Positions 1-11,298 are shown, counted from the first letter of the stretch. The stretch: DNA of 64,000 nucleotides from Andalucia godoyi And28 (GCA_009859145.1 VRVR01000003.1:195315-259314); one strand, 5' to 3'. Program-made: numbers and translations. The notes: a model not told the origin generated them from the sequence alone.

Positions 1-1
1 A

Positions 2-2497
2 AAAATTGCAGAGGCATTCTCAGATCCAGCCCAGCAGATTCCGTCGAAAAAGGTGGAGCTGGACGAGGAAGAAGCAACAAAATTCGATTCTGCGTTTCCT
101 CCCATCATTCAGTCCGGTGAAAATGTCGATCTTTCTCTTAATGCGGAGAACACAGACGGAAATGTGCGGACAAATGCGGTTGTGGTCATGCTGGGTGCGC
201 GCCACTTGTCATTCACGTCTCTTTGCGCTCGCACTTTCATGCACAACCCGAACTCGGAAATGAGACGTGTTTACCAAGTCTTATTAGAAGCTCGCTCTGC
301 AGCGATCAAGGCCATGAAGGTCGGCGCGCCACTGTCAACGGTCTTCAACGCTGCTGCAGGGGTTGTTGATGATAAGCTCTCCAAATTCTTTCCGAAGTCG
401 GTTGGATTCGCCATGGGACTTGAATTGAAGGAAATGAACAGCACAATCAACGCGAAGAACAGTGCAAAGATGTTGAAGCCAAACACGTACTATGGCCTGC
501 AGATTGGGTTTGCAAATGTCCGTCTCAACGAAGTTCAAAAGGTGTTTTCACTTTTCGTTGCGGATACTGTGTTGATCTCGGAGGATGACGGTAAGGCGCA
601 TGTGTTAACAGAAGCAGAGTCACCTGTTGACATCGACGCAGTGACCGTCTCCGCGTCTGCCATTGTGCTGGATGATATGGTAACGGATGGAGCACCTCGT
701 ACACGAGCATCGCGCCGCGCCGCAAGTTCGATGCCTGACACGACCAAGAACATGGAAACGATCGACAAAAAGAATCTCGAACTGCTGGATGAACTGGAAG
801 CCTCATCTGCAAGCAAGGGTCCCAAGGTTTTGTCGGCTCAGAAGGAAAAGTATTCCTATGTTCGCGAGCTTTTGGAAGGCCGTGTGACGGCATACCGAAA
901 TGGCGGTCAGTATCCCTCCGGACTGAAAATGCACGAAATTTACGTCGACAAGGATCGTGCAACCGTTTTGCTTCCTATCTATGGGCGCCACGTTCCATTC
1001 CATGTTTCCTCGATCAAGGGACTCTCGAAATTCAACTCGGATGACATTCAATATCTCCGCTTCAACTTCATTGATGGGCCGGCTGAATCCATCTTTATTC
1101 GTGAAATTTCTTTCCGCACTCAGGACCCGGAGGCTTTTCGGGAGGTGGAGGAAAAGATCAAGGATGTGCAAAAGAAGCTCAAGGCGGAGGAGGCGCAGAA
1201 ACAGCAAGAGGTGGAGCGGGATGATGATGAGAATCCGGAAGAAGCCCTGATGATTGATCGCATGACCCCCCTTCGCTATGATGAATTGGTCATTTTGCCC
1301 AAACTTGGCCGTGCAAAACAAAACATGGGTTCCGTTACTTGCCACAAGAACGGCATTCGCTTCCAGTCCAGCACGAATGAGATCGTCGATATCCTGTTCA
1401 AGAACATCCGCTACGCCTTTTTCCAGCCAGCGAAGGACTCGACGGTTTGCTTGATTCACTTCCATTTGAAGAGGCCCATTCCTTTTGGAAAGAAGACGAC
1501 GCAAGATGTTCAGTTCCGCGAGGAAATTGAGGACGACGTTGATCATCTGGAAGGACGCAAGTACCGACACATCAACAGCGATGAGGAAGCGTACATGATT
1601 GAGAGGAAGTTGGAGAAGAGAAGGATGGAGACGAACAAGGCGATGCGTGAGCTTGTTGAGAAGCTGAACGAGCGATTCGACAAGGCTGGATTCCCTGGAG
1701 TGAAGTTTCAAATGCCGAAGCCGTCTCTTGGTTTCCGTGGAAATCCCGGAAGAAACATGTCGGATCTTGCCCCGACAAAGTCATGCCTTGTTTCTCTTCT
1801 CGAATTTCCGTTCTTTGTGCTTCCGCTGGAAGACGTCGAGGTTGCGTGGCTTGAAAGGGTCAGTGCAGATGCGAAGACGCGGAACTTTGACATTGTGTTC
1901 GTCTTCAAGGACTACAACAAGGGATTCGTCCGCATCGATTCTATTGAACGATACTACTATCCTGCAACGGACCAGGGCGTGCAGGAAACGCTTGCAGATC
2001 GAGTGTATGATTTGAAGCTGTGGTTGAATGCGAACCGACTTCCGTACTTTGACTCCTCTGTCCCATTGAATTGGAGAGCAGTTCTTCAGGAGATTTGCAA
2101 GGATGTCAATGCGGCCGATGACGACGATGACGACGCAGAGGCTCGCTGGAATCCCTTCTCCACCGAAAATGGCTGGAGGTCGTATCTCGTTGAGGCCGGG
2201 GAGGAGGACGACGAGGACGAAGATTCCGAAGAAGATGAGTTCCGTGCCGACGATGCGAGTGGATCCGAAGATGAGGACGACGATGCGTCGGAGTACGTTA
2301 CATCTGACGACGATGACGAGGACTTTGAAGAGGAGGGCGATGAAGACGGTGAAGACTGGGATGAAATGGAAGAGCGTCTGCAAGAAGAAGATCGGAAGCG
2401 TGCACGCGACGAAGGTGTTGTTTCGGGGGGTGAGGAAGACGAGGATGAGCGGCCTTCTAAGCGCTCCAAGAAGGACAGCGGTCGTGCTCGACGGTAA
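2..2497 (+). CDS. SPT16: FACT complex subunit SPT16, 5' end lies outside the window
   Basis: Frame is open from base 2. Recognisable SPT16 segments: PPIIQSG, IYVDKDRATVLLPIYGRHVPFHVSSIK, CHKNGIRF, ILFKNIRYAFFQP, LEDVEVAWLERV, then an acidic C-terminal tail. Confidence 0.95.
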   Translation, partial: KIAEAFSDPAQQIPSKKVELDEEEATKFDSAFPPIIQSGENVDLSLNAENTDGNVRTNAVVVMLGARHLSFTSLCARTFMHNPNSEMRRVYQVLLEARSAAIKAMKVGAPLSTVFNAAAGVVDDKLSKFFPKSVGFAMGLELKEMNSTINAKNSAKMLKPNTYYGLQIGFANVRLNEVQKVFSLFVADTVLISEDDGKAHVLTEAESPVDIDAVTVSASAIVLDDMVTDGAPRTRASRRAASSMPDTTKNMETIDKKNLELLDELEASSASKGPKVLSAQKEKYSYVRELLEGRVTAYRNGGQYPSGLKMHEIYVDKDRATVLLPIYGRHVPFHVSSIKGLSKFNSDDIQYLRFNFIDGPAESIFIREISFRTQDPEAFREVEEKIKDVQKKLKAEEAQKQQEVERDDDENPEEALMIDRMTPLRYDELVILPKLGRAKQNMGSVTCHKNGIRFQSSTNEIVDILFKNIRYAFFQPAKDSTVCLIHFHLKRPIPFGKKTTQDVQFREEIEDDVDHLEGRKYRHINSDEEAYMIERKLEKRRMETNKAMRELVEKLNERFDKAGFPGVKFQMPKPSLGFRGNPGRNMSDLAPTKSCLVSLLEFPFFVLPLEDVEVAWLERVSADAKTRNFDIVFVFKDYNKGFVRIDSIERYYYPATDQGVQETLADRVYDLKLWLNANRLPYFDSSVPLNWRAVLQEICKDVNAADDDDDDAEARWNPFSTENGWRSYLVEAGEEDDEDEDSEEDEFRADDASGSEDEDDDASEYVTSDDDDEDFEEEGDEDGEDWDEMEERLQEEDRKRARDEGVVSGGEEDEDERPSKRSKKDSGRARR

Positions 2498-2812
2498 ACG
2501 CCGTCGTCTGGGCGTTGTTGAATGTTGATAAATTAACAGTAAATGAAATACGTCATGCACTCATCGCCATTGACCATCACATTCTGTGGGTTCCTTTCCC
2601 GTAGTCCTTTGGCTTGCCATCGTCCTTTCGAGTTCGGCATGCAGAAGCACTCGATCGTTTTCTTTTTGCATATTTTTCAAATTATTTTTTTCTTTCTCTT
2701 TACTTGTCTTTCGTCTTGTCTCTGTCTTTCTTTTCGAGATTTTTGAGTATTTTCATTATTAATATTGCTTTTGTGCATTCTCAACGCAGTGGGTCTGCAC
2801 AGCTGGATTTCA

Positions 2813-3120
2813 ATGACGAGCTTTCGACAGTTTTTTGTGGTTTCATCTGGCGCGCTTGCTGGTGCAGCGATTGGATTCTACTATGTTGACAAGTATCGTG
2901 AAAGCTACCAGGTATGATCTCTCTCTCTCTCTCTCTCTCTCGCTTTCTGTCTGTGGTGACATCCTGTTACGGTTCAGCTGTGCAACTTCTTACTCTGCGT
3001 TTTGGGAGGGGGGAAAATATGCAGATTGAACTGAATGCTCGAGCGATCCGTGAGGCTGAACGACGCCTGCGTGAGGAGCAATCACGGCCGGACGACTCCG
3101 CTGGAAAGACGTCGCAGTGA
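2813..3120 (+). CDS. Small 64-aa single-pass membrane protein, two exons (2813-2911, 3025-3120), not in the ORF track as such
   Basis: ATG at 2813; donor CAG|GTATGA at 2912; acceptor ATGCAG| at 3024; phase-0 join gives MTSFRQFFVVSSGALAGAAIGFYYVDKYRESYQIELNARAIREAERRLREEQSRPDDSAGKTSQ. The intron holds a (CT)n tract. Confidence 0.7.
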
Positions 3121-3301
3121 TGCTGTCCCCTTCTTCATTTCCTTGCGAGTTCGTTTCTTGGAGTGATGGAGAATGACTTTTTTTACGAGCGAAAACGAAG
3201 GAGGGAAAAAATACTAATAGCAAACGGGAGCGTCTGCTGTCGGAGAAGAAGGAGTGGAACGACTTTGCTGGCATATTGATTGCAGTCAGACAATCAGTCC
3301 A

Positions 3302-4735
3302 TTAGTCCGTTTTCCGAGTTGCAGATCGCCTGGCGCCCGAGACTGCGTTGTCGGTGACGATGCGTTCTGCAGGGTGCTCTGTCTTGTCGCCCAGTTTGGT
3401 CTTGTTGGGATCCCGCGGAGTTGGGATATTGGATAGAATAAAGTATGCAATCGCAGCAAGGATGTGAATGCAAAAGTAGAGCGACTGCCACGTCTTCATT
3501 CCGTATGAAAACGCAAGGAGCAAGAACGGAATTGCGTGGTAATCTCGAAGAGCGGACATGACGACCCAAGCACAGACATTGTACGCAGTCTGCGCAGTCT
3601 TGGTCCTCATTCGCGGCCAGACCTTCTTGTTCATGAGCGACGAAATGAGAATTCCAACGACGAACCAATGCACGAAAAACACATAGTATCCCGGATAGAA
3701 CCCATGCCATGCAGCCGAGACCAAAAACACCATCAACCGGCACGTGTTTCGTCTATAGCCAAGCGACAAAAGCCTCTTGTGCACGTAATTCTTGTAGAAC
3801 CTGGCAGTCTGCACATTCCAATTTGAAATGATATCGTCTGAGCTCAGCTGCGTTTCAATCGACAGCGGGTACACATTCACAGCATAATCGAACTGCGCTA
3901 CCTTGACGCTGGAGTTTTCAAGCTGCTTTTCGCCCGAGTATCCAAACCGTGCCGCCAAGCACCCGGCCTCTGCAAGCTTCCATCCAAAGTAGTATTTGCA
4001 TCGCAGCATCCAGAACGTAACCCACAGCACGCGGATGCGCTCCACAAACGACAGCTGTGAAGTGAACTCATCCGAGTGCAGATACGAAAGCGGATACGAA
4101 ACAATGCCAATCTGCGCAAACACTCCAAATACCACTGACGCCGCAAACGCCAGCACAAACTGGCGCAACGGGAACGTGCGTTTGTGTGCGTTCTCCATGC
4201 AGTCTGTATAATGCGCGTACTCGACAAACGGGCCCGCAAGAAATCCCGGATAAAAGTACACAAAGCCAAAGTATGACAGCAGAGAAGGCACCTCCGCAAG
4301 CCCTCCCGGGGGAACTGCACCATTATTCAAACCCCTGCCGTCGCTGCTTCCATCGGCGACATTGAATGCAAATGAAATGAGCTTCCAGCAGAGAATCATC
4401 TGTGGACCCGTAAAATCCAGCGACCACCCAAGATAATCGGTATATTGGCGATAGACATGGGTCGCGCACACATAGCCGAGGTTCAGCACAAACGCATACA
4501 ACGGAAGCCGCTTGTCGGTGCGCAGAGCTGTGCACAGCGCAAATGTCGCGAGAGAGGTGAGCAGAGAATGCACAGTTTGCGACCCGAAATTAAGCAAACA
4601 AAACAAAAACCCCACACAAAACGAGTATAAATGACGCAGACGAACACTCGGAACATACGATTGAAGATAGCCAAGCGGCATCACAGACACTAGACACAGC
4701 ACATACAACATCTCGGACTCGAGACTAAACGCCAT
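3302..4735 (-). CDS. MBOAT-family lysophospholipid acyltransferase (Ale1/LPCAT3-like)
   Basis: Multi-TM protein with GPQMILCWKLISFAFN, YFGFVYFYPGFLAGP, SNWNVQTARF and SAAWHGFYPGYY (catalytic His). First ATG (MAFSLES) at 4735. Confidence 0.92.
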   Translation of the reverse strand: MAFSLESEMLYVLCLVSVMPLGYLQSYVPSVRLRHLYSFCVGFLFCLLNFGSQTVHSLLTSLATFALCTALRTDKRLPLYAFVLNLGYVCATHVYRQYTDYLGWSLDFTGPQMILCWKLISFAFNVADGSSDGRGLNNGAVPPGGLAEVPSLLSYFGFVYFYPGFLAGPFVEYAHYTDCMENAHKRTFPLRQFVLAFAASVVFGVFAQIGIVSYPLSYLHSDEFTSQLSFVERIRVLWVTFWMLRCKYYFGWKLAEAGCLAARFGYSGEKQLENSSVKVAQFDYAVNVYPLSIETQLSSDDIISNWNVQTARFYKNYVHKRLLSLGYRRNTCRLMVFLVSAAWHGFYPGYYVFFVHWFVVGILISSLMNKKVWPRMRTKTAQTAYNVCAWVVMSALRDYHAIPFLLLAFSYGMKTWQSLYFCIHILAAIAYFILSNIPTPRDPNKTKLGDKTEHPAERIVTDNAVSGARRSATRKTD

Positions 4736-5106
4736 TTTCCCTTCGCTTCTTCTGCCTTTATCTTCTTCTTCTTCTTTCTTTCTTTCCTCCTCTTCTGCTA
4801 ACCACAATTTTTAAACCCTTTCAGTTTATGTTGTTTAAATGGAAACACGGGCCAAAATAATACTAATACTAGTACTACTACTAATAATAATAATAACAAT
4901 AATAAAGTTTGTGGAAGCGCTTCGAGAAAGGGCTGGGACGGGCTTGCTTCACGTGATGCTAGAGAACTGGAAGTCGGGCACAACACAAGAAATCGAAGAT
5001 GCTGTGTTCCTTTCGAGACATTTTTGTGACTTTCGGAGATGAAATATGTGTGTATTGCGATAAAATAGAGGAAGACGAGAAAACAAACACGCCAATTGTC
5101 TAGCGC

Positions 5107-6471
5107 ATGACGACGAATTCCCAATCTGGTACGAAAAGTGCATGGCGTGCAACACACTTCAAAACGCCCGGCGGCGGCCAAGAGTCCAGCTGGCGATGGC
5201 ATGCTGGCCGTAGTTGGGACGACTACGACGGCAGAGGTGTTGATGGGCCATTGTTCGCTTGGTGGCTATCGTCGGCATTCCCGTCGACAAGTGGCGAGCA
5301 TGGCATGGGAATTGTTGCGTCGACGGAGAATCGGCTTCCAGCCGGTACAGTCGCTTTTTCCGCGGGAGCAGGGCTCTCCCGGTCCGTGTACACGCGGCTT
5401 GCCTATGCGTTCTCCAATAGTCCGTTTGCCATTGTTTCGTCGCTTGTGCATACGAATCGGCCTGATGCCTCCCACTCGTTCTGCGACGCTCTGTTGCTCC
5501 TCACGCATTCATCCTCGTCCGCGTCAGCGTCTGCTGCCACGACGGGGATGCCTCTCGAGTACGATTGTCAGAGCGAAGTGGCGGTCGGTGTCGTCCGACG
5601 CAAAGTGAATCTTGCGGACCACTCGACTGCGTCGACTGTGGTCCGAAGTGCGCGCCCCGAGACTCTTCGATTTCTGGTGCGACACACGCTGACACGCACG
5701 GAGGCTTTGTATGTGCCTCTGACACGCGGCTCGCAGTATTCAGCCGTCTCCGAGCTTTTCCTCACACCATTCGTCTGTTCTTCCTCCTCAGCATCCTCCT
5801 CAGCATCGCCATCGTGCAAACTGCAGTCGCGAGTCCACATACGGGGACGGGCGGTGGCGCAGAGATGGCGAGAGTCAAGACTCGCCGGGTCCACCGTGTC
5901 GCTGGGAGTAGAGGCTCAGGTGGCGGCACAGAGCAGCGGTAGCGATGGCGCGCATCTCGACGATTTATTCTTGGTTGGCGGAATCGCACGCGGGTTCCGC
6001 AGGAATGGCATTGGTCCTCGTGCGACCGATGGTGCAGAGGATGTCATTGGTGGCTCCATGCTGGCGTCGTGTGCGCTTCGAATCGTTGGTGGTGAAAATA
6101 AACAAGAGGGAATGGGAGGGGGAATGGGAGAGGAAACTGCTGGCGGAGGCAGGAGAGGCGGGTGGCTGGGAAGGGCAGTGCCGCTGCTGGGTATGCTGGG
6201 TGCTCGACCCCATGCATTTGTGCAGGCGGTGTGTTGTGTGGATGTAGGGTCTCTTGCAGTGCCCGCACCTTGTCCGTGGATGGTAGCGAAGGACGGGCTG
6301 CATGGGGTGCTGGGGCAAACGAGAGTAGTGGCCGGAGCTGGGATCACTGTTCCATCGCCATTTGGACCCGTTGAACTCAACATCAACACGCCCCTCATGA
6401 GATCGCTCCATCCCCACGACGACTTTTCTCGGTTCCAGCTGCGTTTCGGTGCTTCTTTTATTGTCGAATAG
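5107..6471 (+). CDS. SAM50: Omp85/BamA-family beta-barrel protein, Sam50/Tob55-like; 5' end uncertain
   Basis: LFLVGGIARGFRRNGIGPR (VRGF/IRGF loop-6 motif), DVIGGS, and C-terminal AGITVPSPFGPVELNINTPL...FQLRFGASF beta-signal. Confidence 0.75.
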   Translation: MTTNSQSGTKSAWRATHFKTPGGGQESSWRWHAGRSWDDYDGRGVDGPLFAWWLSSAFPSTSGEHGMGIVASTENRLPAGTVAFSAGAGLSRSVYTRLAYAFSNSPFAIVSSLVHTNRPDASHSFCDALLLLTHSSSSASASAATTGMPLEYDCQSEVAVGVVRRKVNLADHSTASTVVRSARPETLRFLVRHTLTRTEALYVPLTRGSQYSAVSELFLTPFVCSSSSASSSASPSCKLQSRVHIRGRAVAQRWRESRLAGSTVSLGVEAQVAAQSSGSDGAHLDDLFLVGGIARGFRRNGIGPRATDGAEDVIGGSMLASCALRIVGGENKQEGMGGGMGEETAGGGRRGGWLGRAVPLLGMLGARPHAFVQAVCCVDVGSLAVPAPCPWMVAKDGLHGVLGQTRVVAGAGITVPSPFGPVELNINTPLMRSLHPHDDFSRFQLRFGASFIVE

Positions 6472-6709
6472 GTTCCGGACCCTCGGAAGTGTAACTGTTC
6501 GTATAAGCGTTCGTGAGTGCGGTTGCTTTCGGTTCGCCACTGCCATCATCATCAACAAGGATCACATGGCAAATGGAGTAAAAGAAAAGGGGGGGAAAAA
6601 ACAGTGAAAAAATAAAAGAAAGGGGATATCAGCGAGTGTTTCATTCTAAAACGTGTTCTCAGTTCTTTTTTTTTCCCACCTCTTCTTCCAGGTTTCCATT
6701 CAATATATC

Positions 6710-7126
6710 TTAGACAACAGTGCTCGAGTTTGCAGCAACACGCGGCCAGAGGTCTGCGCATTCCTTCGAGGTGGGTCCTGAGATGGCGGATCCCTTCATT
6801 TCACCCTTGGGGTTGACGATAACGGCGGCATTGTCCTCAAAATAGATGAAGACGCCCTCCTTTCGCCGCCACGACTTGCGCTGGCGAATGACAACGGCGG
6901 GCCAGACCTTTTTACGCAGATCGGGCTTACCCTTCTTGACGGTTCCCATAACCATGTCTCCGACACCGGCTGCAGGAAGGCGGGACAGATGTCCCTTGTA
7001 GTTCTTGACGGCGAAGATGTAGACGTTCTTGGCGCCCGTGTTGTCTGCGCAGTTCACGGTTGCGGCAACGGGAAGACCGAGCGACACACGGAACTTTCCG
7101 CCAGATGCTGCTCCCTTGGTGGCCAT
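6710..7126 (-). CDS. RPL23: 60S ribosomal protein L23 (uL14)
   Basis: [70 protein letters not shown]. Confidence 0.98.
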   Translation of the reverse strand: MATKGAASGGKFRVSLGLPVAATVNCADNTGAKNVYIFAVKNYKGHLSRLPAAGVGDMVMGTVKKGKPDLRKKVWPAVVIRQRKSWRRKEGVFIYFEDNAAVIVNPKGEMKGSAISGPTSKECADLWPRVAANSSTVV

Positions 7127-7271
7127 GTTGATTTACCGAATAAGAGAGGAGAAGGAAAGGAAACTCTGACAAGAAACGAGAGAAGAAAGGGAGGGGGAAA
7201 AGAGGGAAGACAAAAAAAAAAGCAGAAAAAAAAAACTCTTGGGAACAGGCAAAAGAGAGAAAATTGACACT

Positions 7272-7382
7272 GCTAGGGTTACCAAGCGTTTCAATTAGAG
7301 GAGCCTTCTAGGAGAACTTTCGCAAGCACGATCGAGACAGGAAGCATGGTGTGCAGGAAAAGAAAAAGGCTAGGGTTACCAA
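7272..7382. promoter_or_regulatory. Duplicated telo-box-like motif GCTAGGGTTACCAA upstream of RPL23
   Basis: Exact 14-bp direct repeat at 7272-7285 and 7369-7382, about 150 and 250 bp upstream of the RPL23 ATG. The reverse strand reads TAACCCTAG, similar to the plant telo-box AAACCCTA. Confidence 0.45.
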
Positions 7383-8176
7383 AGTGAGAAAAGGGTGTTT
7401 TTCGTGCATTTAAAATGAAAAGACACCGAGTCAAAAAAGTACCCGTCATTGTCCCTTGTTAGCATAATGACGGACGAAAGGAAGAAAAGCAAGCACTTGT
7501 CAGCGACAGGTCAGGTCAGGTCAGGTCAGGTCAGCAGAAAGAAGAGGAAGAAGGCTGTGTGTTTTTCCCATTATTCTCCTTTGAAAAACCCAAGCAACCA
7601 AAAAGGCCCTTTCCCCCTTCCTGCCCCTCCCCCCTCCCCTATTCGATTTCCCACCCTGCTGAGCGTCTGTTTGGATGGGGCAGGATACACTTCGTCTCTG
7701 ATCTGCCTTTCATCCTCTCTCTTCCCTTTCCTCTTAATTGCAACCTCCAGCCCTTTTCACCTTTTTTTCTTTTTCTTCTTCTTCTTTTTCTTTTTTAGTT
7801 TTTCTATTTTTTGATTGATATAAACCTCATTGTTTTTCTTCCTCCCCCCCCCTCCCCCTCTTCGGCTTCCCCGTGTCTCGAGTGCAGCTGTTTGTTCCCT
7901 TCTCTGTTTGTTACTCTTTTTTCCCTTTCTTTCCTTTCCAATTTGGGTTTCGTGTAGAAGTTTTCCAATTCGCTCTAAATTTGCGAATCTTAATTTCTCA
8001 GACTCGGTCGTTCCAGGAAGAAGAAAAAAAAGAAGAAGAACGAGGGAAAAGAAATCAGAAAAAGGAAAAATAAGCCAGTAGATTTTACTATTATTATTCA
8101 TTTCTGAACAAGGAAAGGAGATTACTGCTAGTTGTACGAAGCCTTTCGAACAAAAAGAATACAAGAAGAACGAAAC

Positions 8177-9337
8177 ATGGCAACCCCATCAACTGCTGAT
8201 GCGTCTGGATCCGCAATGGAGCTCCGGATTGCAAACAAGTACCGACTTGGCCGCAAGATTGGCTCTGGTTCGTTTGGAGAGATCTACCAGGGTGTGCATA
8301 TTGCGACTTCGGAGAGCGTCGCGATCAAGCTTGAGCCTGTGAAGACGCGCCATCCGCAGCTTCTGTACGAGTCTCGTCTGTACAAGATTCTTTCCCAGGA
8401 CGGAACTGCGATTGGAATTCCATCCGTCAAGTGGTTTGGGATTGAAGGAGACTACAACGTAATGGTGATGGATCTTCTCGGACCATCGCTGGAGGATCTC
8501 TTCAACTATTGCGGACGTAAGTTCTCGCTCAAGACGGTGCTCATGCTTGCCGATCAGATGATTTCCCGCATCGAATACGTCCACTCAAAGAACTTTATCC
8601 ACCGCGATATCAAGCCGGATAACTTTTTGATGGGCAACGGGCGCAAGGGCCATCACGTGTACCTGATCGACTTTGGTCTGGCGAAAAAGTATCGTGATCC
8701 GAAAACGCATCAGCATATCCCGTACCGTGAGAACAAGAACCTGACGGGAACTGCGCGCTATGCATCGATCAACACACATCTTGGAATTGAGCAGTCTCGT
8801 CGTGATGACCTCGAATCTCTCGGTTACTTGTTGATGTACTTTTGCAGGGGATCGCTGCCCTGGCAGGGCCTCAAAGCAGCTACCAAGAAGCAAAAGTACG
8901 ACAAGATTTCGGAGAAGAAGATGTCGACGCCGGTGGAAGTCTTGTGCAAGGGATTTCCACCCGAGTTTGCAACGTTTGTCAACTACACTCGCTCTTTGCG
9001 ATTCGAGGACAAGCCGGACTACCACTATCTCCGCAAACTCTTCCGAGACCTCTTCATTCGCGAGGGATACCAGATGGACTATGTTTTCGACTGGACTATC
9101 AAGAGTATCCAGCAGGACGCGATTGCTGGCGGCCCTTCTGCAGGCTCCGCGATGCCTGGGGCGCCTGCTGGAGGCCTTGGACAGCCAATGACCGGTGCAA
9201 CGGGAACGACTGGTGCTTCGACGCAACAGCTTGCAGGATCCGTTCCTGAGAGGCCGCAAACGTCCTCGGGTCTTTCGGATCAACGGAGAAAGTCACAGGA
9301 AGAATCGAACGTACCACAGCCCATCAAACGAACGTAA
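8177..9337 (+). CDS. CK1: Casein kinase I
   Basis: [69 protein letters not shown]. First ATG at 8177. Confidence 0.98.
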   Translation: MATPSTADASGSAMELRIANKYRLGRKIGSGSFGEIYQGVHIATSESVAIKLEPVKTRHPQLLYESRLYKILSQDGTAIGIPSVKWFGIEGDYNVMVMDLLGPSLEDLFNYCGRKFSLKTVLMLADQMISRIEYVHSKNFIHRDIKPDNFLMGNGRKGHHVYLIDFGLAKKYRDPKTHQHIPYRENKNLTGTARYASINTHLGIEQSRRDDLESLGYLLMYFCRGSLPWQGLKAATKKQKYDKISEKKMSTPVEVLCKGFPPEFATFVNYTRSLRFEDKPDYHYLRKLFRDLFIREGYQMDYVFDWTIKSIQQDAIAGGPSAGSAMPGAPAGGLGQPMTGATGTTGASTQQLAGSVPERPQTSSGLSDQRRKSQEESNVPQPIKRT

Positions 9338-9687
9338 TGCATCAGGTTTGCATCCCCGCCCTCTCCCCTTCCATCATACCTCTCCACTCAGCTTTGCCAG
9401 TGCTATTTGTTGTTTCTCTGTTTTTTGTTTCTGTGTGCTCCATTACTCTAATTTTTCCCCTCTGTCTCTCTGTCTTTCTCTTTTTGCGTCGCTCTTTGTT
9501 CTTGTGTACTTGCGAATGGGGCGTGCAGGCCGCCTCTGCCTGTATAATGAAACCTGCCTATTCTCTTCTTTGTCCTCCTTTTTTTTTGTTTCATTGTGCA
9601 CCTACTTTTGGTTCTTCTAACTGACTCCGTACCTCGTTACGACCGCTTTCTTTTTTTCTTTTTTGTTTTTATTTGTGTGCGCGAGGA

Positions 9688-9920
9688 CGCCTACATTGTA
9701 CACGAACCACGGATAATCATCGCTGATCACCCATAGTCAATGCTGCAACCCAACAACATGCATAGCATGATTGGGAAGGGGGTAGGCCCCAACACGCCCC
9801 TCGGCATGAGAGACGTTCCTAAGATAGATGTGGATGATGCGGGTCGTTCCGGTGGCGGTGGAGATGTCACAGGTCTTGCGCAGCGCTGCGGACGTGACGG
9901 ACATGGTGCGCTGCATGGAC
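9688..9920 (-). mobile_element. Decayed Fanzor/TnpB-element remnant, copy C (ORF 3' end plus partial omega-RNA-like region)
   Basis: Minus strand atctatcttaggaac...gccgaggggcgtgttggggcctacccccttcc aligns with 31402-31449 of copy A. tatgcatgtt and ttgcag match the hairpin right arm. Ends are approximate. Confidence 0.6.
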
Positions 9921-10158
9921 AATAACAATAAAATAAGAAATGAGCGTCGCTGTGCGAGAATGCAACGCGGCGGCGTGTTTATAGGGATTTCATGATCAAA
10001 TTGGAACGAAACGAATCGGGCATCGTGTGACAGAGTTACCAAGATAACAAACGCATGCGCACGGCGCGTGGCAGTGTTTTTTGTTTGTGTGCGCTCAGAT
10101 TGCTTTAACATATCGCAATAAGCGGCAGCGGTACGTCACATCGGTTTTACTGCATTGC

Positions 10159-11298
10159 TTATGCACGCTTCTTGCCCTCGTGGACGAATTTTGCAAAAGT
10201 TTGTGAGACAATAAGTGGGAACACGAGCGTGGCGTCCGAGACCACCTTGACTGGTTTTGCGTCCATTTTGATTTTCCCCCACGAGACGGCTTCGTCTGGA
10301 GCAGCACCCGAGTCTGATCCGTCGAACTCCTGTCCGGTGTTAATGAAAACCGAGAAGTCTGCACCGTTTCGCATGAGATTTGCATTGCATATGTGGTGCT
10401 TGATGACTCCGCCGCCGATGATGATCATTCCCGAGCACTTTGCCCAGACTGCAATATTGTTGATTTTTCGAATGTCCTCGACAAGGTCGACGCGCAGTCC
10501 GCCGTCCTTCTTGTACGAGTGGAAGTACAGCATGTCGCCGAGTGACCCGTCGGTGAGTGCCGGGCAGAAAACCGGGATCTTGTTCTTCGCACACCAATAG
10601 TAGATTGACTCTTCATTCTTGATTTCGTGCCCAAGACGCTCAATCACCTTGGAAGGAGTCCATCGTGTCTGTTCTTTTCCTTCCTGTTCATCATACATGC
10701 GGTCGAAAATCGGCATGATCCAGTCTTCAAAAAGGCAGTAATTGCTGTTTGGCACAATCAGATTTCCAATGCGGTTCATCGCCTGTTTTCGAAGCGTCTT
10801 TCCATCCATCTTGAAGTCTCCCACAAGCGTCGGTGCAAGACATTTTATAAAGTCCTCTTCAATCCCCCCCGCAGACGCAACCACCACATCCACAAGCTTG
10901 TGCTGCACCAAAAACCGCACAACTTCCCGCATTCCACACGACGCCATATTCGACGTATATCCCAAAAATATCGTGCACGCCGGCTTCTTCTCCGCACGAT
11001 ACTCCTTCTCCACAAACGACTCGTCCTCGTCTGCGCCTGTCTCGGATTGCTGCGATTGCTCAGTGCTGGACAAAGACGGCGGCGCATAGTGCAGCATCTC
11101 GTTGATGCGGTCAATCGCAAGACTCATGTTCGTTGCCTGGAACCCAAAGTTGCGATAGGTCGCAAGCAGCGAGTCCAGCGTCTGCATTTGGTTGAAGTCC
11201 GGTCCAACCACATGGGGAAGCCCGTGTGCGATCGAATCGCTGGGAATACTCAGACCTGCAGGAAGCACAAACGACGCTGCTTTCTCAGCCGGATTCAT
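10159..11298 (-). CDS. DHPS: Deoxyhypusine synthase
   Basis: [95 protein letters not shown]. Confidence 0.98.
   Translation of the reverse strand: MNPAEKAASFVLPAGLSIPSDSIAHGLPHVVGPDFNQMQTLDSLLATYRNFGFQATNMSLAIDRINEMLHYAPPSLSSTEQSQQSETGADEDESFVEKEYRAEKKPACTIFLGYTSNMASCGMREVVRFLVQHKLVDVVVASAGGIEEDFIKCLAPTLVGDFKMDGKTLRKQAMNRIGNLIVPNSNYCLFEDWIMPIFDRMYDEQEGKEQTRWTPSKVIERLGHEIKNEESIYYWCAKNKIPVFCPALTDGSLGDMLYFHSYKKDGGLRVDLVEDIRKINNIAVWAKCSGMIIIGGGVIKHHICNANLMRNGADFSVFINTGQEFDGSDSGAAPDEAVSWGKIKMDAKPVKVVSDATLVFPLIVSQTFAKFVHEGKKRA

Noticed and set aside
5101-5103. Possible TAG reassignment (alternative genetic code)
   Set aside because: TAG ends several well-defined genes here (IFT140, TRM6, CLF1, Sam50 itself), and long conserved genes contain no internal TAG.
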